From assembly GCA_903813345.2 (NCBI GenBank), contig CAIIXF020000001.1, forward strand, positions 18,538,001 through 18,602,000: 64,000 nucleotides of DNA. The letters run 5' to 3'. A program made the translations under genes and the position numbers. The DNA comes from Owenia fusiformis (lineage: Eukaryota). Below the pieces are notes generated by a model, which saw nothing but the letters and a program-made list of their open reading frames with translations, ran no database searches and was not told where the DNA came from. This document shows positions 50,901-61,909 of this stretch, piece by piece. Each line of letters opens with the position of its first letter. Position 1 is the stretch's first letter.

Positions 50901-52428
50901 ATTGAAGAACTTAGAGGATCTTCATCGATTTAGGAGCTACTGGGAATCTTAGGCAGATTCCACATATTGAAGAACTTAGAGGATCTTCATCGATTTAGGA
51001 GCTACTGGGAATCTTAGGCAGATTCCACATATTGAAGAACTTAGAGGATCTTCATCGATTTAGGAGCTACTGGGAATCTTAGGCAGATTCCACATATTGA
51101 AGAACTTAGAGGATCTTCATCGATTTAGGAGCTACTGGGAATCTTAGGCAGATTCCACATATTGAAGAACTTAGAGGATCTTCATCGATTTAGGAGCTAC
51201 TGGGAATCTTAGGCAGATTCCACATATTGAAGAACTTAGAGGATCTTCATCGATTTAGGAGCTACTGGGAATCTTAGGCAGATTCCACATATTGAAGAAC
51301 TTAGAGGATCTTCATCGATTTAGGAGCTACTGGGAATCTTAGGCAGATTCCACATATTGAAGAACTTAGAGGATCTTCATCGATTTAGGAGCTACTGGGA
51401 ATCTTAGGCAGATTCCACATATTGAGGAACTTAGAGGATCTTCATCGATGTTGCCTGTTGGGGATGTTGAATAGTGTCACCCCCGACCTGGATGACTTTG
51501 TTGGAAACTAAGTACGAGACACTTAGTTTATTTAGGAACTACTGGGAATCTTAGGCAGATTCCACATATTGAGGAACTTAAAGGATCTTCATCGATTTAG
51601 GAGCTACTGGGAATCTTAGGCAGATTCCACATATTGAGGAACTTAGAGGATCTTCATCGATTTAGGAGCTACTGGGAATCTTAGGCAGATTCCACATATT
51701 GAGGAACTTAGAGGATCTTCATCGATTTAGGAGCTACTGGGAATCTTCGGCAGATTCCACATATTGAGGAACTTAAAGGATCTTCATCGATGTTGCCTGT
51801 TGGGGACGTTGAATAGTGTCACCCCCGACCTGGATGACTTTGATGGAAACTAAGTACGAGACACTTAGTTTATTTGGGAACTACTGGGAATCTTGGGTAG
51901 ATTCCACATATTGAGGAACTTTGGCATTTCCAGACTTAGTTTATATAACTCCAGCCTGATTGAGGAACTAAGTTGATTCCAGACTTAGTTATTTTATTTC
52001 AGGCCAGCTTGAGATTTGCCTCCATTGAGAGACTGTTATTCCAAGGCATAATCACTGAAGCTGTAATGAGAGACTGTTATTCCCAGATTTATACCTAGCT
52101 GAATTGAATAAGTCCAGAGCTCAAGAGACAATTGAAAGTACAAGTATTTTCGTATAGAGGACTCTAATATTAGTGCTTCGAAAACTATCATCGCATATAA
52201 AGGACTTTAACCTTAGTGCCTCAGTAACTGAAGTAAAGCAAATACATCGATTTTCATGTATTATTTTGACGGGCTAAAACGCCACAATATATGTGTTATT
52301 GTATTTAATTGTATATAAGTTGTTATGTACAGATTTCCCACGTGTATATTTAACGTATACCCTGAGACCCACAGTGACACAGTCTATTAAACAACATCCA
52401 CACTACCATAATTAGGCTGAATGTTACA
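47955..52428 (+). repeat. 3' LTR (4474 bp)
   Basis: No difference from the 5' LTR at the positions checked, including array copy numbers and variant units. Confidence 0.95.
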
Positions 52429-52644
52429 ATATGGAGTGGCTCCAGGACCGACAATTGTCGGTACTGGAGACTGTCCAAGGGTATTTGCTGGGGTACCGAC
52501 AATTGTCGGCACTCTATCGTCACATAGTAGTGCCAGATAGAGAACCGACAATTGTCGGTACGCAAGTGGCTGCTACGTGTTTTTGCTAGAGAGCCGACAA
52601 TTTCATAAATAAATCCACTACTTTTACTTTCAGATATAACCTCA

Positions 52645-52730
52645 TCACTGGTGGTCTAGTGGTTAGCGAGCACGACTCGAACACACTCGGGCCCGAGTTC
52701 GAATCCCGGCAAGACCTACTTTTTTCTTTT
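52645..52730 (+). other. tRNA-derived Pol III-like unit (SINE head or tRNA pseudogene)
   Basis: A box TGGTCTAGTGG (52652-52662), B box GAGTTCGAATCC (~52695-52706) and a downstream T run. Acceptor and anticodon stems do not pair well. Confidence 0.55.
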
Positions 52731-53656
52731 AAGGGGGGGGGGGCATAGTGCTTCTTTTGCAGTATGGAATCGTACAGGCATTAACTTGTAGTGAGCCATA
52801 ATTTATTTCGACAAAAATTGATTTAACTTCCATCAAAATTGTTCTACAAGCTTCAATTAAAAACATTTCAAAGCTCTTTTCTTGTTCTATCTAATGGGTC
52901 GATATATACAGTTAGCTTTCGCCCCCGTCGCTCTCTACCCTTTCTACGCCATTGCACAGGAGAAATATCTCATTTGGAATATATCACTGTTTACTTTGCG
53001 TTTGGTAGCTCTCTCATGCGAGATGGAATCGTGGCCATTAACTAAGGGAGCCAAATGCAACTTCCATCAAAAATTGTGCTATAAGGTATGAGTACCGTAA
53101 TCCAACACCAAATTCGAAAATTCATAACAATACTTTGCACATATGGCGTTCGTGACCAACTACGAAACGCTTACCCCCCCCCCATAGTGTTATATATCAA
53201 AATGCACCTGTCCATATAGGGGTTCGATTGACCTACATCAAATTATAGGGAGTCAGGTTGCTTTTTGAGATATCAGCGTCCATTTATTGTAATTCACGTT
53301 TGATACCACCTCCTCAATTCTGATATGACGGGCAAACGCGTAGTAAACATGCTCACGTTCGGAACTATTTTGACCTACATCGCCATTTTCGTATTTCAAA
53401 TGAAAGTTGAACTCCTCTTTATTTTGATACCAAGTGGCATACTAGGTACCCTAGAAGCCAACTATGGGTTATTTAGAACGATACCACAGGTTTTTAAATG
53501 GACTATATACCTTTTGGCGGATGGATATGGAACCTCATACCATAAGCTTCAAATGAAAAAACATTCTAGCTATTTTCTTCTATCTAATGGGTAGCAAACG
53601 CCCCTTTCTACGCCTGATCGGCTCAGGAGAAATATCCTTTCTGTTTAGAATATATA

Positions 53657-54690
53657 TATAGGGGTTATGCACTGGGAGGTTTTGGATACAGGGAATATCC
53701 CGAGGGATATACAATATATCTTCCCGAGGGACCGAAGGGACCGAGGAAAGATGTATTGTATATCCCAAGGGATATTCCATGTATCCAAACCGACCGTGCA
53801 TAACTGGTGTATCTCATACTTGAGTGGGTTTAGGGTAGATATAACCTTTTCCACCTTTTTCAAAGGACAAGATATTTATATCTAACATTTTCGTAATATT
53901 ATTTTTGTTCAATACAATGAAATTGTGACATTTAAACTTAAAAAAATTAAATTTTAAAATTAAAAAATTAAAACTTTTGATATTTAAACTTTTTTAAACT
54001 TTTGAAAAATTCCCGGGAGCGGGATGGATATATTATATCTGCCCGCATTTGGCCTGGAGCGGGACATATACAATATATCCTGCCCGCTCCTCAGATACGA
54101 TATATATTCCCGGGTGATATCTACCCCAAACCCACTCAAGTATGAGATACAGCCGTTTATCCCATGGTTGCAAGGATATAGATCGAATATCACATGAAGA
54201 TATATTTGATATGTGGATCAAGATATCATATTTTAGCAAAAAATTCACAAACCATCGAATATCACTTTTAAACTATCGAATATCACGTCTTAAAAAGTGA
54301 TATTCGATGGTTTGAAAAGTGATATTCGATGGTTTGAAAAGTGATATTCGATGGTTTCGAATTTTTTCAAAAAAAATTTCTTTTTTCATTCTTTAATTAT
54401 TTTCAATTTTTTTTTTTTAAATCAAAATTTAAAAAAAAAATTCAAAATTTTTTCAAAATTTTTTCAATTATTTTTTCAAATTTTTTCTCAAATTATATTT
54501 TTCAAATTTTTTCGCTGATGATGATTTCCCATGGGATAAACGGACAATCCTATTGTTTCTCAAAAATATCAAATATATCCACTCATGGATACAAATATCT
54601 TCACTCATTCGCTGCGCTCACTCATGAAGATATCAATATCCACTCATGGATATAAATGATATTTTTTCAAAACCATAGGATATTCCTATA
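53657..54690. mobile_element. unclassified multi-hairpin insertion within the P-like element
   Basis: TATAGG...CCTATA ends in a TA tract. Large hairpins at ~53680-53790, ~54015-54090 and ~54575-54655; IR 53808-53847 / 54113-54151. It interrupts the second copy of a direct repeat (52845-53015 vs 53540-53655 + 54690-54712). Confidence 0.6.
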
Positions 54691-55517
54691 TTACTCTGCA
54701 TTAATAGCTCTCTAACGTCTTACTTGTTCATGTTTTTTATTGGGTTTTCAACGTTTACTACCATTCCCTGTTCCCGGGCTACCATTTTTTGACTGGGTTT
54801 GGTAATCCCCGGGTAACCGGGGCTAATGCCTCCCCGGGTTTTGCACTTGTTGCCAAAATATCCCTATGATATCTGAAATATCCCCCCCCGCGCATTGCGC
54901 ATGCGCCAGAAAATTCGAAAATCAATATTTGTCGGTCCTCTAGCGTGTAAACACAGCATATCTCCCGTACCGACAATTTATTTGTCGGTCCTCTAGCGTG
55001 CCACCACATCAGAGTCTAGAGTACCGACAATTGTCGGTACTCTAGCCTTTACGTAAAATATATTCAATCTCATGTAAAAGTAAACAAAAACGACCAATAA
55101 GAATAAGAGGTATCAAGATGTTTCTTCAAGTATTGCATCGTGGGTAATTATTCAAGAACACATTACCAAAAATATATAATTTGTGGGTGAATGTTCACTT
55201 TCTGTATTGTCATAATAACAATGAATTCCATTTTTTATTAAATTATCAACATTATGTAGATGATCATGTTTTTATTTTTGAGTTATTTATCTTAATCATC
55301 CATAAAAATGACAAAATAAGATTTTCTTGGAATGTGTACATTCTCCAATTTTGAAAAGCCAAAGGCAATGCTCATGTATGATATATGGGAAGTTGCCTAC
55401 CCTTCTAGTTGAAAGCCCATGCTCGTACTGACCTTTATTTTTTCCATCTGTCAGACATTGATTGATCGATATTTACCCTGTAATCTCTTCTTTATGTATT
55501 AGTTTGAATGGTTTCAT

Positions 55518-55932
55518 GATATCCATTATTGACGCTGCAACTTTTCCCGGGACATTTATTTCAAATTTTCAGAGCGTAAAGATAATGGAGTGCTTCGGTA
55601 ATTTCCGGCAGTGTCCAATGTCGTTCGTCTCTCAAATTACGTCACATCGCGACAAACAGCCAATGAAAGTAAAGGATCACGTAGCCTAACAAACCGTTGT
55701 TCTTGTTTCTACGGGAGTTGCATGAGTGATATCCATTATTGACGCTGTAATTCGACTTTACCCGGGACATTTATTTCAAATTTTCAGAGCGTAAAGATAA
55801 TAGTGCTTCGGTAATTTCCGGCACTGTCCGATGTCGATCGTCTCTTAAATTACGTCACATCGCGACAAATTGCCAATGAAAGTAAAGGATCGCGTAGCCT
55901 TACAAACCGTTGTTCTTGTTTCTACGGGAGTT
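55518..55932. repeat. ~210-bp tandem duplication, CpG-rich
   Basis: GATATCCATTATTGACGCTG...TTCTACGGGAGTT at 55518-55720 and 55729-55932. Confidence 0.85.
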
Positions 55933-56420
55933 TAAAGAAACGTCATGGGACTTCACGGTAATCTCTGATGTGACATCATCCGGAGTGGCGTCACATTCTC
56001 AGAAAAGGCATTTGACTTCGGGAATAATCATTTGAACAATGGAGATAGCCGAAGGACTCCATTAAATATACGCTCGCTTATTTTATGCTTTTATCAACAT
56101 ACGTTTTCTTGGATGTGTGGCTTTAGTGATTGGAGTTGAAGCTAACAACAGTACGCATCGTATGACATGTGATATTTATTGAAAAACTGACTCCAAAATC
56201 AAGGAAAAATAAATAGATCTTGTGTCTTGTCCTTGTGTATATTTATTAAGCCTAGACACAGGGGAGGTGATCTGGCAGAGGTCCGTGAAATATGATACAA
56301 ACATCTGACTTCGTGATTATTGTTTCTAGAACTGGGTCGTTGTCACTGTAGGCCTATCTGATTTCCTGAAAATTACCTTGATAAAGAATTTCCATCGAAT
56401 TTTGATGATTTATTTCGTAA

Positions 56421-57750
56421 TTATCCCATCGAACGAAGTTCGGAGGGATATAGGGAACGCCTCCGTCCGTCCGTCCGTCCGTCCGTCCGTCCGTCCGTCC
56501 GTCCGTCCGTCCGTCTGTCCGTCCGTCCGTCCGGGCAATAACTCAAATACCATTGGCCCGATTTTGTTCATATTTCGTACACATATACCCTATGGGGATA
56601 GAAGTTCTGCTCGAAAGCCGATTTTCAAAATGGCCGCTCATTTCAAAATGGCAGCCATTTTAGTGACGATTTTACAGTAATTTAGGTGCAATATGTAAAA
56701 CTGTAATAGCAATATGTTTTAAATGTAAAAAAATTATAAAGGACATTAATAATGCTACAAATGTAGATATAAAAAAAAGCACATGGCAGCCATCTTGAAA
56801 AATGGCGGCCTTTACTCGTCATTTTACGATTTTTGCTATAACTCAAAAAATAGTGGAGCGATTTTGTTCATATTTGGTGTGTGAATACTATAAGCATTGC
56901 ACACTGTCTAAAGACACTTTTGGTAGAAGCCGGCCATTTTGAAAAATGGCCGCCATTTTAACGTATTTTACTATAACTCGAAAAGTAGTGGAGCGATTTT
57001 GTTCATATTTGGTATGTGAATACTATAAGCATGGCACACTGTCCTATGACACTTTTGGTAGAAGACGGCCATTTTGAAAACAATTTAAAAAAATGGCCGC
57101 CATTTTAATGTATTTTACTATAACTCGAAAAGTAGTGGAGCGATTTTGTTCATATTTGGTATGTGAATACTATAAGCATGGCACACTGTCCTATGACACT
57201 TTTGGTAGAAGGCGGCCATTTTGAAAACAATTTTGAAAAATGGCCGCCATTTTAACGTATTTTACTAATACTCGAAAAGTAGTGGAGCGAGTTTGTTCAT
57301 ATTTGGTATGTGAATACTATAAGCATGGAACACCGTCTATTTCTAATGACGCTTTTGGTAGAAGGTAGCCATTTTGAAAAATGGCCGCCATTTTAACGTA
57401 TTTTACTTTAACTCGAAAAGTAGTGGAGCGATTTTGTTCATATTTGATGTGTGAATAGTTTAAGCATGGCACATTGTCTAATAAAACTTTGGGGAGAAGT
57501 CAGCCATTTTGAAAAATGGCCACCATTTTTACGTGTGTTATTTTACAAGTACGTGTGTGATTTTTTTAAAATTTTAGAGGTGGCTACTTAAAAGCATATT
57601 ATTTCTTCTGATGACAACTTGGCTAGTGAGCAACCATTTTGAAAATGGTGGCCTTTCTGGTGTGTTGTTTTATGATATTTGCGCTTCGTTTGTAAAAATG
57701 CCAGCCATTTCTGTTCGATGGGATTCGCTACGCTTTGGCGTTGCCGTTGT
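56421..57750 (+). mobile_element. HINE/DINE-1-like element in PRPF38A intron 1
   Basis: subTIR ATCCCATCGAAC / GTTCGATGGGAT, 5' partial IR, long (CCGT)n, five ~130-150-bp internal repeats and a 3' stem-loop GCTACGC-TTTG-GCGTTGC. Confidence 0.85.
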
Positions 57751-57926
57751 TCTGGTTGTCTATGTCAATAATCTGCAAAAGGCTAATAAGCCCATTTAAA
57801 GCAGATATATAATTTAACAGTGATAGAATTTGAATAGAATATAATTAAATGGAATATAATTGGTAGAGATGCGTCCAACTTCGACGTGTGGGGCTACTTC
57901 AACCATGGGGCATCTCCCATATATCT

Positions 57927-58160
57927 TATATTCCAAGATAATATTCTTGCAAGCGTTGAATGGCGGCCTACATTATATTTCAAAGTCCAAAATTAACGGC
58001 GTTAGCAATGCATATATTTCTTACCTCAGTTGATTTTAGACACCACCAGAAATGTTCTCACAATGGCAAAAAAGATGTGGACTTTCTCAAATTCATTTTT
58101 GACCTATGAAATATAATGTAGGTGGCTATTCAACGCTCGCAAGACTATCAGTTATGGAAT
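57927..58160. mobile_element. MITE-like inverted repeat
   Basis: CTTGCAAGCGTTGAATGGCGGCCTACATTATATTTCA against TGAAATATAATGTAGGTGGCTATTCAACGCTCGCAAG. Confidence 0.5.
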
Positions 58161-58550
58161 TAGATAAGGGTACAGTCTGTATCGCATCAAATTGAAATGT
58201 TCATCGATGCTGCTATCACTACTGCTTGTTTATTCAATAAAGGAGTTTCCAGTTTAAGAGCTTCCACTTAAAAATAATACACAATTCTACATAATTCTCA
58301 TCTATGTCTACACAAATAGACCCATACAAAATCTGTGGAACTAAATTTATTTAATTTTGGAAGGTACAGTAGGATCATTTTTTCCTAACTCAATTCTGCT
58401 AGATTTTGGCCTATCACTTCTTCAGGGTGTATTAGGAAGTTTTAATTATGGTCAAGATCGATGGAACCCCTTGGTCTAAGTATCCCCTGATTGAAGTTAG
58501 CCTAGTGAGCCTGGGTAATCTTGACATAGGATTGCTTTTTCTGTTTTCAG

Positions 58551-61500
58551 CCGAACTGCTTGTAGACAAGGCAATGGAGCTGAAGTATATTGGAGGTGTT
58601 TATGGTGGTAATGTGAAGCCTACCCCATTCCTCTGTCTTGTCCTCAAGATGCTACAGATCCAACCTGAAAAAGATATCGTCATAGAGTTCATCAGGAACG
58701 AAGATTTCAAGTATGTTTTTTAAAACTATTCGTTGAAACCCTTACTAATTAAAGTATGAGTACTTTAGCCCAGCGCTCAATGAATTATGAACAATTTTAG
58801 GCACAACTGTCTCATATCAGACTTTGAACTTGAGTGAAAGTCCTCAATACAGTGGACATAAAAATGGATGAATCGCATGATTTATTGTAAGCTCATTGAC
58901 ATGTGGGCCATTTGAGCTGTCTTCAGATTGAATCAAATAAAAGATTGAGTGCTTATCAATCTATTGGAAATACAGAGCGATGAAAAGTAAGTTTTCATTT
59001 TGCAAAAGTACAGTAAAACCTGTCTAAGTGGAACATATTTGGTATTTCTAAAAAGGTGTTCCACTCTATGAGGTTCATTTATCATTTAATCAGTTGGTCT
59101 GAAAAGTGTTCCACGAACAGAGGTGTTCCACTTTACAGGTTTGATAGAGTCACTTTATGTACACATGCATCTTACATACATTATATGGAAAATGCTTACT
59201 TTATTCCAGGTATGTCCGTGCCCTTGGTGCCTACTACCTGAGGTTAATTGGAACCTCACTCGACTGTTATAAATATCTAGAACCTCTTTACAATGACTAT
59301 AGGAAAATAAAAAGACAAAACAGAATGGGAGGTGAGAAAAATGTGAGGCAAATGTTGAGGTGAACTTTCACAAGATTATATTCCAACAGCCCTTTAGGCT
59401 TCATGAATATCACTTGTGAAAGATGCACATATATTCACCTCCATATTATGAAATATTTGTATAATATTGGTTTGTGAAGTGGGCATTCCCTTACCAATGT
59501 TTATAGTTTGATTCAGCATAAAAATAAATTAAAAAATAAAAGGCAATGAATTATAAACTTTTTAATTTTTAAATTCATAATTATTGTTTTACCATAATAA
59601 TGATATATTATATTAATAATATATATATTTAAAATGTTCAGTGTAATTTTCAAATTAGCAATTTCCGAAGTGCAAATCACCACAAGGGCATCATCATGAG
59701 AACAAAAAAAATTGCCCGCTTAAAGCTAGTCCATAAAGTTCAGTTTTTGTTGAAGATATATCATGTATTACAGATTTTGAACTTGTACATATGGATGAGT
59801 TCATTGACGAGCTACTAAGAGAGGAGCGTGCATGTGATGTCATACTCCCAAGAATACAAGTAGGTTCCTTTGTGATGTCATAAAATACCATAGCTTTCCA
59901 CGTTTATAGAGATCTTGGTGTATAAAGATATGATCAGAAGTAAAATAATATATATGAACTTTTGGATATTAGTTAGTAAGAAAACAGGGATGACAATGAA
60001 TGAAACAAGCTAAAAAAGATTCTGAGATTTTGGTCATTTTTATAAACAAAAATATGTCAGTCTGCATGAATAAATCCGATTTAAAATGTACGGTTTTCAT
60101 TCATGTTTAGAAACGTCAGATCTTGGAAGAGGGCAATGAGCTAGATGCTAGAGTCAGTGCACTCGATGATGATCTGGAGGAGTTTGAATCTTCCTCTGAA
60201 GATGAAGACATGGAAAAGGTTGGTACATTACCCTGCCTGCAGTGTCTAGTTATAAACTACCCTCTGCCTAGTATAGACTATATTACAGTATAGCAGCCCC
60301 ACTCCAAAGATTGGTGCCTGTGACAGCCCGGGTAATAAATCATTGCAAATCTACCACGCTGACCCTTTCTCAATTAATCAGCGATGTGGAAGGAACATGT
60401 GCTAAATACATTTTCATTAACTATGTGGTGATGTAGAGGAAATGACCATATAGAAAGTCATCCGTGATTTATTGTGAACTGACAGAGTGAAGACAAAGCT
60501 CTCTTTTAGAAGTGCAGTCGAACGAATGCAAAGGGTGGTACATATACCTTATTGAAATGTTTCAAAAGAATATGCCCTTACCCTTATAGATCCTATCTCA
60601 AATTGATGTAAATTGGTTTCAACTGAGGTTAAAGCAATATTTAAGTCACCATCAAAAGTGGTGACATATTGTTGTAGTCTTCAACTTTTTGTGTCAGCGG
60701 TTGGCAGGTGGTGACATGTTGTGTGTTAATCCCTTGGTGTTCGGCATTCAGCATCTGTAACAGCAGTCAGTGTCTGTATCAAATGGGAGGTGGTGACATT
60801 TCGTATGTTATGTTGCCTTATTTTCTTTTCAATGAGATCCAGTATCTGGATATGTGATGCCTTTGAGGCCACTGTACATACGCTTGATGTGATTTTAGGA
60901 TGTCCCCGACAAGAGAGCAAACTATGATCTCGATAAACCACGAAGAAGTCCATCACCACGATTCAGACGTAGCCGCAGTCGCTCACCTAGGAAGTGAGTG
61001 AATCAAAAATACTTTTAACAAATATTTACATTTTATCATATACCATATTTGTTTAAACCAAATTTTGGCTGATAGGTGTACATTAGAAGCCATCATCCTG
61101 GTGAACCTTTAGGAAATCATCAAGTACAGTATTAAGTTTTTGAGCAATTCTAGACTCTGGTGACAGTCAAATAGGGATTCTATTTTTATCTGGCATGTGT
61201 GGTATTTCAGAGAACGAGAAAATCGTGGAGATCGAGATAGACGGGAACGAAGGCGGAGTAGGAGTCGTGAGAGACACAGAGACAGAGATAGAGACAGAGA
61301 TCGACGACATCGCTCCAGATCAGGTAAAATAGTCATGTGGCCAGATTGCCCAATTCATCATAGATATGTACCAAGGCAATGTTGATGAGAAATTCAAACA
61401 CCAAAACTAACATATTGACCAACTATCTTCAGGTTATACAGCAAGATGGTTGACAAATGGATAATCATATACTTTGAATGTTAGCATTATTCTGATGGTA

Positions 61501-61909
61501 TCATTGTTTCATTTATGTGACAGCTCTTGATTTTCTTGTGGTGGTTCATGACACACTGACGGTTATAGACTTTCAAATGTTAGTTTGGACATGTTTGCTG
61601 ACTCATCACTATTACTTGAATTTAAATTGTTATAATGAATAAGTTCAAACACTGAATTTAGCCATTTAATATACAGTAGACTGTGATTTAATTCTTAATT
61701 GCTTTATGATTCCAGGAGACAGACACGACAGACATGATAAAGACAGAGAACGTAAACATAAGAGTAAACGTGAACATAGAGACAAAGACAGATCACATAG
61801 AGACAGGGACAAACATAAGTCTTCAAAATCAAGTTCTAATGAGGACCCAGAAATTGCAGAAGCAAATAGACAACGGGCTGCCTTGGGTTTAGCTCCCCTA
61901 AGGATGTAA
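58551..61909 (+). CDS. PRPF38A: Pre-mRNA splicing factor 38A, exons 2-8
   Basis: Exons 58551-58710, 59210-59331, 59774-59859, 60111-60218, 60899-60993, 61211-61323 and 61716-61909. Translation: AELLVDKAMELKYIGGVYGGNVKPTPFLCLVLKMLQIQPEKDIVIEFIRNEDFK-YVRALGAYYLRL...LYNDYRKIK...FELVHMDEFIDELL..., then an RS/RD-rich region and IAEANRQRAALGLAPLRM*. Confidence 0.95.

Larger units (their letters stand above)
40212..52428 (+). mobile_element. non-autonomous Ty3/gypsy-type LTR retrotransposon with 4.47-kb LTRs, Gag-protease only
   Basis: LTRs 40212-44685 and 47955-52428 (both 4474 bp, TGTAACA...TGTTACA). TSD ATAT (40208-40211, 52429-52432), PBS 44687-44704, purine-rich tract 47943-47954 and a single internal ORF. 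Confidence 0.95.
40034..55421. mobile_element. P-superfamily-like non-autonomous DNA transposon (host of the LTR element)
   Basis: 31-bp TIRs with 2 mismatches: CATGGGCTTTCAATTAGAAGGGTATGCAACT (40034-40064) and the reverse complement at 55391-55421. 7-bp TSD CTCGTAC (40027-40033, 55422-55428). Palindromic subterminal repeats ACCGACAATTGTCGGT. No transposase ORF. Confidence 0.8.

Noticed and set aside
52645-52716. Functional tRNA gene
   Set aside because: The acceptor and anticodon stems do not pair; kept only as tRNA-derived.
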